A stretch of DNA of 64,000 bases from an uncultured Actinomycetes bacterium (GTDB lineage Bacteria; Actinomycetota; Actinomycetes; Streptosporangiales; Streptosporangiaceae): contig CAVSQL010000023.1 in NCBI GenBank assembly GCA_963730065.1, positions 64,926-128,925 of the forward strand. Reading direction: 5' to 3'. The position numbers were made by a program, and so were the translations under genes. The notes under the pieces were generated by a model, which searched no databases, had not been told where the DNA came from, and saw only the letters and a list, made by a program, of their open reading frames with translations. This document shows positions 48,869-59,272 of the stretch, one piece after another; position 1 is the first letter of the stretch, and every line of letters starts with the position of its first letter.

Positions 48869-49201
48869 ATGAATGACGGTCCTGCGAGTCGGCCCGGCCG
48901 GGCGCATCTGCCCTGGGCCATGTGGCTGGCGTGCGCACTCGCGATCGCCGCAGCCGGCCTGCTCGCCCTGACTGACCTAGCTGGCATCGTGATGGGGAGC
49001 TGGGATACTCCCGGGCCTGGCTTAGGATGGCTCAAGGCTGGCGCCATCGGCCAGTCCGGCCTGGCCGTCGCCGCGGTCGCCGTGCTCGTCGCAGGCGCAG
49101 CACGCCCCAGCCGACGCCGCGGCGCCGCGGTGATGGCAGGCGCGATTATCGCGCTGGAGGTCGGCTGGTTCTTGCTGACCCGGATGCTGGCGGCCTCATG
49201 A
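48869..49201 (+). CDS. Hypothetical small membrane protein
   Basis: MNDGPASRPGRAHLPWAMWLACALAIAAAGLLALTDLAG... with 3 hydrophobic spans. The start is chosen at an internal ATG. Confidence 0.45.
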   Translation: MNDGPASRPGRAHLPWAMWLACALAIAAAGLLALTDLAGIVMGSWDTPGPGLGWLKAGAIGQSGLAVAAVAVLVAGAARPSRRRGAAVMAGAIIALEVGWFLLTRMLAAS

Positions 49202-49508
49202 CCAGCTGCCATCTGTGCGTCCCCGCGCCGCCGCTAGATCGCGAACAGAACACCCGCATCTGGGCTCATCACATCAGCGCTTCCGCCCGCCAGCCAACCG
49301 GCCCTATCGGCGGCTACTTGCGCGTCAGGAGCCGATCAAGCCGAGTCACTGAGCACTGATCTGATCTCAGGCCCGGCCTGCCGCCGGGCCGGGCCTCGAT
49401 CGGCGCCGGGAGGCTGATGTGGTGCGTGATCAGTTGGTGTCGTTCATGGTTAGCGGCTGCCAGGCGGCTAGCCTCGGCTCGACCTCAGCCAGGATGTCCG
49501 TGGCCATG

Positions 49509-51209
49509 AGAAAGTGGCTCTGGCTCAATTGTCGTGACGGGGTCAGTCGGCGAGCAGGACGCGCTTGCGGAGCAGGTCGGGTTTCGCGCGCCCATACATC
49601 TGTCTTTTGATCATCTTGATGCGGTTGACGTGGCCTTCGACCGCGCCGGAGCTGTAGGGCACGGTGAGCCCGGCGGTGACGGCGGCCCAGTCTTTGCGGA
49701 GTCCCTTGCTGAAGCCGCGGAGCTCGCTGACCGGGCTGTTCTCGGCCTGGGCGGCCCAGGCTTCCAGGCGCTCGCCATGGCGGTGGCAGAGCATGTCCGC
49801 GAACTCGCGGACTAGGGCCCGGGTGGTGGTGAGTTCTTCACAACGGGCGGTGATCTGGGCGAGCGCGGCGCGATCAGCGTCGGCGAGCTTGCCGGGCGGG
49901 GTGAGGATCCAGCTGGCGACCTTCCTGGCCGCAGGCGCGGGTGGTGGTGCGGGGACGGCGGTGTCGTGGCGGAGCTGGGCGGTGAGCCGGCGCAGGGTGC
50001 GCAGGCTGCCCTGGTAGCCGCGGGCGCGCAGTTCCTCGTGGAGCCGGTTGGTGCTGCGGGCTCCTTCGTCCCAGCGCTGGCGCAGGTAGGCCTCGTGCGG
50101 GCCGAGCAGGCCCGGCCGGGTGAGGCGGGCGCCGCCGATCAGCTGGTCTGCGGTCGCGGCGGTGGCGTAGCGGCGGACGGTCTTGCGTTCCAGCCTTAAG
50201 GTGCGGCTGATCTCGGTGATGGTCAGCCCGCGGGCCAGCGCGGCGTGGATCTCGCCATGCCGGGCCCGCGTCCGCGCGGCCAGGCCTGCCTCAGGGGCCG
50301 ACACAGCCTGCTGCGCTGGGGGCCCAGAAGCGGGTGGCGGTGGTGGTTCTTGCAGGCAGGAGCGGTTGCGGGCGACCGCACGTTCGACGGCTTCGGCCAG
50401 GTTGTGCCACAGGTGCCACCGATCGGCGACCTGGATCGCCAGTGGCGCGCCCTCGGTTGCGCCTTCGGCATAGCAGCCGCCGCGGTCCCGGCAGATGATC
50501 TCCACGCCGGGGTGGGCGTCCAGCCAGGCCCGGAAGGATTCCGCGGACCGCTCGGGGAGAATGTCGACCGGCCTGCGGGTCTCGATGTCCACCAGCACGG
50601 TGCCGTAGACATGCCCTTTTCGCAAGGCAAAGTCATCGACGCCCAGCACCAGCGGAGTCCGCCCATCCGGGTCGGGTGCGGCCCGGATCAGCCGCAGCAG
50701 CGTGGACCGGCTCGCTGAGCAGGCCAGCCTGCCGGTCAGCCGGGCCCCGGCGCGGCCACCCAGGGCCAGGCCGACCGCCTGCAGCACTGCCTGCAGGCCG
50801 CAGGTCCGCCGGCCATAGCGGGTGGTCAGGCCCGGCATCTGCTCCGCGAACGTGGCCTTCGCGCACCCGTCGTTGCCGCACAAGAACCGCCGGGCCTGCA
50901 GGTGGATGAGCACTTCCTGGCCGCCGCTCGCAGTATCAGCCAGCTTCCGCTGGTAGCGGCTGTGCACCCGCCGCGACACCACGCCGCATCCTGGGCAGGC
51001 CGCCTCACGAGCACAAGCCCGGGCCAGCACACGCACCGACCCGCCCGTCGTGACGACTCGCTCGATGGCCAGACCAGCCAGGTCAGGGACCAGAACAGCG
51101 ACAGTCTCAAGATCGCACGCAGCGCATGATCACAAACACCATGATCAAGACGCCACGGGACACGCCGGGCAGACCACCTCACGGAAAGTGAGCCAGAGCC
51201 ACCGCAACT
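49509..51209 (-). mobile_element. ISL3 family insertion sequence
   Basis: Inverted repeats are GTGGCTCTGGCTCA(A/C)TT..CGTGA at 49514-49537 and 51179-51202 (reverse complement). The canonical GGCTCT ends would be 49516 and 51200. TGGCCATG (49501-49508) and TGGCCATT (51210-51217) lie 7-9 bp outside those ends and may be an imperfect 8-bp duplication. Confidence 0.8.
49543..51036 (-). CDS. ISL3 family transposase
   Basis: ACPGCGVVSRRVHSRYQRKLADTASGGQEVLIHLQARRFLC (zinc-finger N-domain) ...VLGVDDFALRKGHVYGTVLVDIETRRPVDILPERSAESFRAWL...IQVADRWHLWHNL...GAVEGHVNRIKMIKRQMYGRA. The protein-like frame continues upstream to about 51105 (TVAVLVPDLAGLAIERVVTTGGS) without an obvious start codon. Confidence 0.9.
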   Translation of the reverse strand: MRVLARACAREAACPGCGVVSRRVHSRYQRKLADTASGGQEVLIHLQARRFLCGNDGCAKATFAEQMPGLTTRYGRRTCGLQAVLQAVGLALGGRAGARLTGRLACSASRSTLLRLIRAAPDPDGRTPLVLGVDDFALRKGHVYGTVLVDIETRRPVDILPERSAESFRAWLDAHPGVEIICRDRGGCYAEGATEGAPLAIQVADRWHLWHNLAEAVERAVARNRSCLQEPPPPPASGPPAQQAVSAPEAGLAARTRARHGEIHAALARGLTITEISRTLRLERKTVRRYATAATADQLIGGARLTRPGLLGPHEAYLRQRWDEGARSTNRLHEELRARGYQGSLRTLRRLTAQLRHDTAVPAPPPAPAARKVASWILTPPGKLADADRAALAQITARCEELTTTRALVREFADMLCHRHGERLEAWAAQAENSPVSELRGFSKGLRKDWAAVTAGLTVPYSSGAVEGHVNRIKMIKRQMYGRAKPDLLRKRVLLAD

Positions 51210-51210
51210 T

Positions 51211-52277
51211 GGCCATTGACACAGGAAGACGTCAACCTCCATCCGGTCATAGCCGGGCGGCCCGCGCCACAGACGGTAGGTAGAGAACTGCTTGTCTCGA
51301 ACCTCATCTGAGGTCACAGGTGGTTTCCTTACCCCGAGGAACGTATCCCGGATGGCGTCGAGGAAGGCGTCAACCTCCGCCCGCTCATAGCTGCGCAGGC
51401 TAACGGCAAAGCCCTTGGACTCCACCCATTCGGCGAGTACGGCCCCGCCAGCTTCCAAGTTCGGCGCAGGTGCTGAGAATTGTCTTCTCACCTCGGCATG
51501 AGAGGGCGGGCGTAGCTGGCGTGTGCCGGTGCCCAGGAATGCCTTGCCCCGCGGGGGGCTGCTGACCAACAGTGAGCCTGTCCCGTCGGCCCGCCCGTAG
51601 ACCGTCACCTCCTCACCGGGCTGCAGCATTTGGCGTGGTGTCCACAAGGCGAGGCGGACCATGAGTTCGGGCCGGTACCTGTCGCAGGGGGCGTGCAGAG
51701 TCAGGGTGCGCCCGCCACGCCGACTGGCGATCACCGTGGCGGCGCAGGCAGCACGGGGCCGCCGCAACAGCCGTGAGAACCCGATGCGCTGGACGAGGAA
51801 GACAATGGCCAGTCCAAACAGCGCCCAGGCCGCCGTGACACCCAGGTCGCCCTGTGTGTTGTGCTGGGCGATGACATTGGCGCCGGCTATTGCCCAGGCC
51901 CAACCGCCCGCGAAGGCACTCCAGGCCACGCCTGCATAAGCTCGCAGCAGCCACCGGATCTGGGCGGGGACCTTACCGCCAGCGCCCGGCACATAAGGTT
52001 CCGGCAGCATCGGCGCAGCCCCGGCCACGGCGTCGCTGACCTCATCGCCCGCCCCCGGGCCCGCTATCAGCGGCGGCTGCGCGGCGACCGGGGCATCGCA
52101 CCGGACGCAGAACTGGGCTGCCGCGGCGGTCCCCGCCGCGCACTCCCGGCATCTCATCTGCGGCAGCCGGACAACTCGCCCAGACTGCGGCAGCACCCGC
52201 GCCACGAACCCCTGATGCTCACGCCAGTGGCCCCGCCGGGCCACGATACCTTCGGGATCCCCGGCCATCTTCGACAT
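51211..52277 (-). pseudogene. Zinc-ribbon / transmembrane / DivIVA-domain protein, 3' end interrupted by the ISL3 element
   Basis: MRCRECAAGTAAAAQFCVRCDAP (possible true start at 52157), then TM spans, then two DivIVA-type motifs: FAVSLRSYERAEVDAFLDAIRDTF and RGPPGYDRMEVDVFL. A plausible tail, MATDILAEVEPRLAAWQPLTMNDTN, is readable on the far side of the IS (49430-49507, minus strand). Confidence 0.6.
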
Positions 52278-52469
52278 CGCCGATCCCTCCCCGACATCGA
52301 AGTTTGCCCGTCACGGCCGCCGTGTGCTGCCACAATCGCCTATCCGGTGCCGGCCAGCAAACGCGGGCCAACGCGACTTGAGTAGCCACCCTGTCGGCAG
52401 GATCGGCGGCCACTCCGGGCCACCGGAGCGCCCGTGAGCGTCCCCAGCCATGGCAAGATCGCTGTGCGA

Positions 52470-53441
52470 TTAGACCGCGAGGATGAACTTGCCCACCGCA
52501 GCGCGGCGCTCGAACACCCGGTGGGCCTCTGCGGCTTGTTCCAGCGGGAAGACCGAGGTCACATGCACCTCGATGGCGCCCGAGGAGATCAGCCCGGCGG
52601 CCTCCAGCAGCGACGGCCGGACCAGGCCGGGGTCGCGCAGGGGAAGCTGGCCGCCGGAGAACCCGAGGTACCCGACGCAGCGGGCCCGCATCCAGGTGGT
52701 GTCCGGCACTACCTCCGGCTCGCGGGAGATGTTGCTGTAGGTGACCAGCCGCCCGAACGGTGCGAGCAGCTCGAAGGACCGCGCCCGTACCTGGCCGCCC
52801 ACCGGGTCGAGCACCACGTCCACGCCCCGGCCCGCCGTGGCCGCCAGCACGCCCTCGGCGAAGTCGGTGTACCCGAACACCTGGCCGTAGCCGTAGCCGC
52901 GGGCGAACTCGGCCTTGGCGGCACTGGAGGCTGTGCCCAGCAGCGGGCGCAGCCCCCAGTGGCGGGCCAGCTGGCCGGTGACCGTGCCAACCCCGCCGGC
53001 CGCGCCGTGCAGCAGCACGGTCTCCTCCGGCCGCACCCGGGCCACCCGCCGCAGCAGCATCAGCGCCAGCGGGACGGTCACTAGCATGCCGCCCGACTCC
53101 GGGCGCCCGGCCAGGTTTTCCGGCAGCGGGACGGTCAGGTCCGCGGCCGCGGACACCACCTCGGCGTACCCGTGCCCGCGGGTCAGGGCGGCCACCGGCT
53201 GCCCGGGGCTCAGCCCGCTCACCCCGTCCCCGACCCGGCGGACGGTGCCCGCGACCTCCACCCCGGGCACGAATGGCACCACGCCCAGGCCATCGCCGAT
53301 CCGGTTGCGGACGTCGGTGAAGTTGACCCCGGCGAACCGGACGCCGATCGTGACCTCACCCGGGCCCGGTTCCGGCTCGGGCACCTCCGCCAGCGTCAGC
53401 ACCTGCGGGCCACCATATTCGCGCACCACCACAGCCCGCAT
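52470..53441 (-). CDS. NADPH:quinone oxidoreductase / zinc-independent MDR family oxidoreductase
   Basis: MRAVVVREYGGPQVLTLAEVPEPEPGPGEVTIGVRFAGVNFTDV...VLLHGAAGGVGTV...GKFILAV. Confidence 0.9.
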   Translation of the reverse strand: MRAVVVREYGGPQVLTLAEVPEPEPGPGEVTIGVRFAGVNFTDVRNRIGDGLGVVPFVPGVEVAGTVRRVGDGVSGLSPGQPVAALTRGHGYAEVVSAAADLTVPLPENLAGRPESGGMLVTVPLALMLLRRVARVRPEETVLLHGAAGGVGTVTGQLARHWGLRPLLGTASSAAKAEFARGYGYGQVFGYTDFAEGVLAATAGRGVDVVLDPVGGQVRARSFELLAPFGRLVTYSNISREPEVVPDTTWMRARCVGYLGFSGGQLPLRDPGLVRPSLLEAAGLISSGAIEVHVTSVFPLEQAAEAHRVFERRAAVGKFILAV

Positions 53442-53760
53442 GTGACTCCCTTCACGAGATCGGCACCTGGGCTGGGCCGCGACCTGGACCGGGCCGAGGT
53501 TGCCGAGTTATGCCAGAACACTTCCCGGGCCGTCGCTCAGCCCCGCTGGCATCGGCGCTGCGATCTTGCACGATATTCCCAAATCTGGACCACACAGGCT
53601 CCAGCAGACGCATATCCAGCATCGGCGCCGAACGGCGGCTCTTTGCGCGTGGCGGCGACCAGGCTCAGTCACTGAGTGAAGCGATCTCCTGCCTGCTCTG
53701 CTGGCATTCCGCACGTCGGAACGGGCTGTGATCCGGTGCTGCACCCACTGTTCCGCAGGG

Positions 53761-54279
53761 CTATCGGATCGTGGATCGCCGAAGGCGTCTCCACCGGCGC
53801 GAGACGTGGATGACCAGGTATACGACGAGCACGACAGAGGAGAGCAGGTGCCACCTGTCGAAAGGTCGTGGGAGGGCGGGCAGGAGTGTTGGGGCTCCCC
53901 GATTCCAGTCGAGGATCCCAGAAATCACGACGTTGACCGTGACGAAGGCGAGGATCGCATCCGACGCCAAGAGACGTAGCTCGCGGGCGACCCGCCGGCG
54001 AAGGCCCCAGAGCCGCGCGAACATCCCAGCGATCCGGTGGCGGCGCTGTGCCAGATGGATAATGACCAGGCCTGCGAAGGCCAGCCCCACGTCGGCATGG
54101 ATGGCGTTGCGGATGTGGAGGAGTTGCAGGGTTCCGAGTGCCGCCGCGGCGAAGACCAGGAGGCCGAGGTGCACAAGCCAGCGAGACCTGAGATGCCACG
54201 CGGTCAGCGATCGCGCGCGTCGTTCGGCCGGGGCGTCGACCGCCCTGCCCCGCGCGGCTCCTTGGTTCTCGGCCTCCAT
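53761..54279 (-). CDS. Hypothetical membrane protein (4 TM; DUF4405/cytochrome-b-like His pattern)
   Basis: 172 aa: ...WLVHLGLLVFAAAALGTLQLLHIRNAIHADVGLAFAGLVIIHLAQRRHR... Confidence 0.5.
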   Translation of the reverse strand: MEAENQGAARGRAVDAPAERRARSLTAWHLRSRWLVHLGLLVFAAAALGTLQLLHIRNAIHADVGLAFAGLVIIHLAQRRHRIAGMFARLWGLRRRVARELRLLASDAILAFVTVNVVISGILDWNRGAPTLLPALPRPFDRWHLLSSVVLVVYLVIHVSRRWRRLRRSTIR

Positions 54280-54341
54280 GGATGTCTCCTCGCACTCTGG
54301 GCGCTCCAGTCGACTTAGGTCTGCGGCCGCATGGTGCTCGC

Positions 54342-54710
54342 CTACGCACCCTGGAGGTCGTCACCGCTCAGCTTGCCGGGCCGGAACTCGCGGCCCGATT
54401 CCCGCCGTCCGAGCACGGTGATCAGCGCCACTCCGGCGGCGATCACTAGGCCGGCGGTGTTCCAGTGCCAGTGCAGCGCGGCCCACAGCAGCGCAGCCTG
54501 CACGGCCTGCCGGATCCGCGGCCCGCGCCCACGAAGGCGCAGGCGAACAGCAGGCGCAGCTGGCCGGTGAACTGGTTCGTGGCCACCGGCCAGCGCGTGC
54601 TGTGCGAACAACTCCCGCAGCGCGGTATCGTCGCCGATCGCCATCGCAGCGATCAGCTCATCGTCGTCCATCGCTTCTCTATTGCGTTCCGGCGGCAACA
54701 AGTTCAACAA
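54342..54710 (-). pseudogene. Possible remnant: ECF-sigma-like N-terminus fused to an unrelated hydrophobic tail
   Basis: MDDDELIAAMAIGDDTALRELFAQHA resembles the start of ECF sigma factors. The rest does not. Weak call. Confidence 0.2.
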
Positions 54711-55024
54711 CGCAGGAAATTACGGGAACATCCGCAGCTGCATTCGCGCATTCGACCAAGGCAGACCAGCATGAGCGGTGATTACCACCTCCCTCGCCGG
54801 GCTCGACCCGCCCGGCGCTTGCCCCTCACGATGCCGTCCGCGGTCACCAGAAACCGCTCGAGTGTACGCCCGCCTCGCTGACCATCGGCCCGTTAAACGA
54901 GAACGCAGTTTGGCCTGATATGCACCGCAGTCACCACCGGCGCGGGACCAGCTTCGGCACACCTATCGGCGGCTCGCGAGCGCTTCGATGTCACGGGCGG
55001 TGATGTCGGCGTCCCGTGGGGGCC

Positions 55025-55058
55025 CGTCCGCCTGGCCGGGCCGGCAGCCAGGCGGACG
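55025..55058 (-). terminator. Conserved 11-bp stem-loop downstream of the integrase pseudogene
   Basis: CGTCCGCCTGG-N12-CCAGGCGGACG. The stem sequence is shared with 29284-29315. Confidence 0.35.
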
Positions 55059-55080
55059 CGATGCCGGGCGGCGGGCTGTC

Positions 55081-55997
55081 TTACCGGGCAGCTCCGGCGA
55101 CGTACGCGGCGACGATGTAGGTGGCGTGGCGATCCAGCGAGGTGCGGGCCCGGTCGTATCTCATCGTGGTCCGGGGATCAGCGTGAGAGGCGGCTTCCTG
55201 GACGTCCCGCAGCGGGACACCGGCGTCCAGCGCGGCGGTGATGAACGCATGCCGGAGCGTATGCGGCCCGACGGGCTTGGTGATTCCCGCCTGGCGGGCG
55301 ATGCGGCGCACGATCCGCCCGGCGCCATGCCGGTCCAACCGCCGCCCGTCCGGTGCCAGGAAGATGGGCCCGTAGCTCCGCTCGCCGATAGCCAAGTCGA
55401 TCGCCCTTGCGGTCCGTGGCGCCAGCGGGATGGTCACGACCTTGCCGCCTTGCGGGTGATCACCAGGGTGCGGTGCCCGCGTTCGGTGCCCAGGGCCTCG
55501 ATGTCAGCGCCGGTCGCCTGCGAGACGCGCAGCCCGTTGAGGGCGAGCAGGCAGAGGAACGCATGCTCGGCCGGTGGCCCGAGTCCAGCTGCGACCAGTA
55601 GCGCGCCGAGCTCGTTGCGGTCCAGGCCGGTCGCGTGAGACTCGTAGTCCAAGCGTGGTCGGCGAACGTGGGCTGCGGGTGAGTGTTCGAGGAGTTCTTC
55701 CTCGACGGCATACCGGTAGAACCCCGCCACGGTACACAGGCGGCGTGTGATGGTGACCCGGGCGCGGCCGCGGGTTTCCAGGTCACGGGCGAACAGTTCG
55801 ATGTCGGCGCGGCGGGCCTGGAAGAGGCGTAGCTGATGCTGCTGGCACCAGCTGGCGAAGTGGCGCAGGTCCAGCTCATAGGCCTGACGGGTCAGGCCGC
55901 TGTACCCGGCCAGGAATCCGGCTAATGCCAGCTGCTCGGTATGACTGAACACCGGCGCGACTGGGACGAGAGCGGTGGACGGGATCGTGGTGGCCAT
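55081..55997 (-). pseudogene. Tyrosine recombinase paralog with a single frameshift near 55437
   Basis: The N-part reads MATTIPSTALVPVAPVFSHTEQLALAGFLAGYSGLTRQAYELDL...RTLVITRKAARS stop. The C-part, in another frame, reads (V)TIPLAPRTARAIDLAIGER...GPHTLRHAFITAALDAGVPLRDVQEAASHADPRTTMRYD. Confidence 0.85.
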
Positions 55998-56420
55998 CGG
56001 GCACCTCCGGGACGTCAGCCGAGACCCCGGAGCTGGGCCAGCCGAGGCCCCAGCAACCAACGAGAACCCTCACGGTAAATCAGCCGCGGCAGTCACGCTA
56101 GGTCAGCACCTACCTGCGCCAAGCCGACGTTGACCTGCTCGCAATCGCTCCCTGCCGACTATGCGCCGACCGCCGATGGCGAGATCGCTGTGGCCGGGCC
56201 GCGCAGAACGGCCGCTTCTGGCGCCGCGTTCCGGGCTTATCTGCCGTGGCTCACGTAACTTCGGCTGCGGCGGGGACCCCGGGCGGGCAGGTCTTGACGG
56301 TGATCTTGGCCGGGCCGAGGCCGTAGCTGTGGCATGGACTATCGTCTGCCCGCGCTGGGTGTGCCGGCCGGTGGTGCCGGTGGCGGCGCGGTGCCGGGCA
56401 CGGGGTGGTAGGGGAGCGGC

Positions 56421-57111
56421 GTGGGGCGGCAGGTGTGGCTGGCGGAGCGCCGGGCGGCGCTGGTGGCCGGCTACGACGCCGAGGCGGCCACCTATGGCGA
56501 TGAGGAGTATCCCCTGGGACGTGCAGCGGGAATGGGTGGCCCGGGTGCTGCGTCTGATCGGGCCCGGTGCGACGGTGCTGGATGCGCCGTGCGGGACGGG
56601 CAGGTACTTTCCGATGCTGGCTGCGGCCGGTGTCCGGGTCGCGGGCGTTGACCAGTCGGCGGGCATGCTGGCCCGGGCTCGGGAGCGGGGCATCGCGGTC
56701 TCCCTTGAGCACATCTCGCTGTAGGAGCTGTCGTATGCCGGTCGGTTTGACGCGGTGCTGACCATCGACGCGATGCAGCACATCCCGCCCGAAGACTGGC
56801 CCGGCGTGCTGGCTAATCTGCACCGGGCTGCCCGGCCGGGTGGCTTGGTGTACCTGACGGTCCACGAACTGGAACGTCACCATCTTCAGCAGGCCTTCGC
56901 GAGCCTGTCCGCCTGCGGGCTGCCCGCGGTGCGGGGTGAGCTTGCCGGGCCGGAGACGCCCGGTTACCACTACTGCCCGGGCCGTGACCAGGCAGTGGAC
57001 TGGTTCGGGCAGCAGGGCCTGACGATCGCGGGCGAGGGCTTCCGGCGGGAAAACGGGTGGGGTTACCGCCACTTCCTGCTGCGCACCGGCCCGGGTTCGC
57101 TAGCATCATGA
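56421..57111 (+). pseudogene. Class I SAM-dependent methyltransferase with one frameshift (about 56510) and one in-frame TAG (56722-56724)
   Basis: VWLAERRAALVAGYDAEAATYGDEEYP / WDVQREWVARVLRLIGPGATVLDAPCGTGRYFPMLAAAGVRVAGVDQSAGMLARARERG...SLEHISL-TAG-ELSYAGRFDAVLTIDAMQHIPPEDWPGVLANLHRAARPGGLVYLTV. Confidence 0.75.
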
Positions 57112-57569
57112 ACGGTCCAGTCCTGCAGCGTGCGACGCTGTCCTGGTCGCCGGGGGCACCTTTCCGGTCCCACTGCTGTGTGGCCTGCCCGCCGGTCCAG
57201 CCTGCGGGCAGGGCCTCGCTATAGCCGTGTGCCTGAGGTGGGCCCTGGATCAGGCGGCTGGCTGATCCGCCGGCCCGGGTCCGCCCACTGCGTCAGTGGC
57301 GGGGGTGGTCGTCGGAGATCCAGGGCGCCTGCAGCTCGACCATGCGCCGGGTGGCGTAGTTCGTCTCCGCCACGGTCAGGCGGAGCCGGTATCACAGGCA
57401 CCGGAGCCGTTCGCGGCCGGACCAGGAGACCGACTTCTCCAGCTGCCGCCTGTGGACGAGATCAGCAGAGGCGGGGGCAGGGCTCGCCATGGCTGCCATA
57501 CCCGGTGTGGGCAGGCGGCCCGGGTGTTCATCTGGGGTGGGACGATGCCGGCGCATTGTTGTCTCCTCG

Positions 57570-57842
57570 GTGGCGGAACTCCCGAGGCGGTCACCAATGC
57601 ACTGCTCACCCCCGCGGCAACGGTTCGTATCTGGGCCGCACCGAACCGCATCGTGGTCCACGTTCACGACAACGGCCCCGGCCCACCCGATCCCCTAGCA
57701 GGCCTGATCCCCCCCGCCAGCAGTGCACGCAGACGCGGAACTTGGGCTATGGCTCACCCACCAGCTCGACATCGACGTTGCCCTCATCTACGGCGACGAC
57801 GGCTTCACCGTCAGGCTCCGCGGCGGCACGATCACCGGCTGA
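57570..57842 (+). pseudogene. HATPase_c (RsbW-like anti-sigma kinase / sensor ATPase) C-terminal fragment, frameshifted
   Basis: PEAVTNALL...TVRIWAAPNRIVVHVHDNGPGPPDPLAGLIPP, then a frame change to GLGLWLTHQLDIDVALIYGDDGFTVRLRGGTITG stop. Confidence 0.5.
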
Positions 57843-58131
57843 CCGGTACGGGAGCGTCACGCATCTGTGAGCCAGCGGATCCCCAGGGGCCAGCACGGCG
57901 GTGGCCCGGCCAGGTCATGCTCAGCGGTCATGACGGCGTGGTGATCCACGCTGACGTGGCAGATCGCGATGCCGGGGATGGGCCGGTAGGGGACCGGGGC
58001 AGCTAGGGCGCCGGAAGCCTGGCCGAGGCGGCAAAATTTTGTTCTTTGTCACGAATAGGGCCTTGATCGGAGGGTAGGCCCGGTTGGCACACGGGGACCG
58101 TTGGCATGGGGAAATCAGTATGGGAGGATTC

Positions 58132-59211
58132 ATGGCCAAGACAGCGAGCCGCATCTCACGCGCAACGAGAACGGGCCTGACGGAACTCCCCGGCAACGCT
58201 GCCTGGCTGTTGTCGAAGGCTCTAGGACCCGCTATCTCTACTGCGGCAGGCGCGTCTAGCGCGGCGTCTTCGGTCGGCGACACCATGTCCGAGGCTGCGT
58301 CTTCGGTGGCTGGGACGGCCGGGGCGGCCACGTCCGGCGTCCGGCGGAAGGCGAAGGCCGCCAGGCAGTCGGTTGTCGAAGCAGTGCCCGGCATCGGCCA
58401 CGACTCAGTCGCCTCGTTAATGCAGCAGGCGGATACGGCGGCTGAGCGGGCGCGTGAGGAGGAGGCACGAGCGCTGGACCTGGCGCAAGAGGCCAAGGAC
58501 AGCGCGGACGAGGCCGAGCGCGTGGCACGCGAGTCGGACCAGCTCGTGCAGGAGGTCCGCCGGGAGGCCGAGCGGAAGGCCGCTGCCCGCGTGGAGGAAG
58601 CAGAGGAGCGTGCCCGCCTTGCGGCGGAGGCTGAGGCACGCAAGGCGGTGGAGAAGGCGGAGGCGGAGGCATCGGACCGCACCCGTGAGAGGCAGCAGAA
58701 TGCCGAGCGCGTCCAGGTGCGGGCCCGCGAAGCGATCCAGGAGGCCAACGAGGCGCTTATGCGGGCCAGGGATCTGGCATCCCAGGCTGCGAAGGAAGCG
58801 AAGCAGGTCGCCGCGCAGGCCAGCCGGGAGGCCGATCGCCTGGCGAAGCAGGCGCAGGATCGCGCGGCCACAGCGGAGCGACAGCTAACCCAGGCCAACA
58901 AGGCGAGCCAGACCGCCGACAAGGCGACTAACACTGCCGCGGCAAGTCCAGCGAACGTCACGTTGCATGAAGGCCGGTACCTCGACGCGCTCACCAAGGA
59001 GCAACTGCTCCACCTGACCGGAGACCTTGAGCTTGAGGGCCAGTCAGCGATGAGCAAGCACGAGCTCATTGACGCCGTCACCCGCGAAGGAGGCGTACCT
59101 ATCGGCACGCTCTCTAAAGAAGAACTGCTCCGGGTCGCCCGGAGCGCCGGCCGCGAGGTGGATACGTCGATGACCAAGGACGAGCTCATCGCGGCGATCG
59201 ACATTTCCTGA
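58132..59211 (+). CDS. Coiled-coil protein with two C-terminal Rho_N (Rho termination factor N-terminal-like) modules
   Basis: MAKTASRISRATRTG... GGGAGGATTC RBS. A long Ala/Glu/Arg/Gln heptad-like centre is followed by LTKEQLLHLTGDLELEGQSAMSKHELIDAV and LSKEELLRVARSAGREVDTSMTKDELIAAI. Confidence 0.8.
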   Translation: MAKTASRISRATRTGLTELPGNAAWLLSKALGPAISTAAGASSAASSVGDTMSEAASSVAGTAGAATSGVRRKAKAARQSVVEAVPGIGHDSVASLMQQADTAAERAREEEARALDLAQEAKDSADEAERVARESDQLVQEVRREAERKAAARVEEAEERARLAAEAEARKAVEKAEAEASDRTRERQQNAERVQVRAREAIQEANEALMRARDLASQAAKEAKQVAAQASREADRLAKQAQDRAATAERQLTQANKASQTADKATNTAAASPANVTLHEGRYLDALTKEQLLHLTGDLELEGQSAMSKHELIDAVTREGGVPIGTLSKEELLRVARSAGREVDTSMTKDELIAAIDIS

Positions 59212-59240
59212 GCTGGCGGTAGCGGGGACAACGACCGGCA

Positions 59241-59270
59241 GAGGAAGAGGAAGAGGAAGAGGAAGAGGAA
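59241..59270 (+). repeat. Hexanucleotide microsatellite (GAGGAA)x5, ending 2 nt before a start codon
   Basis: A direct read gives five perfect tandem units. Each unit contains a Shine-Dalgarno-like GAGG/AGGA core. Confidence 0.95.
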
Positions 59271-59272
59271 AA

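Noticed and set aside
59241-59270. The tandem GAGGAA repeats as a CRISPR-like or coding repeat. The minus-strand ORF 59044-59403 reads PLPLPLPLPLP through it.
   Set aside because: The 6-bp units have no spacers. The antisense ORF has no start context or homology and overlaps better-supported plus-strand ORFs.
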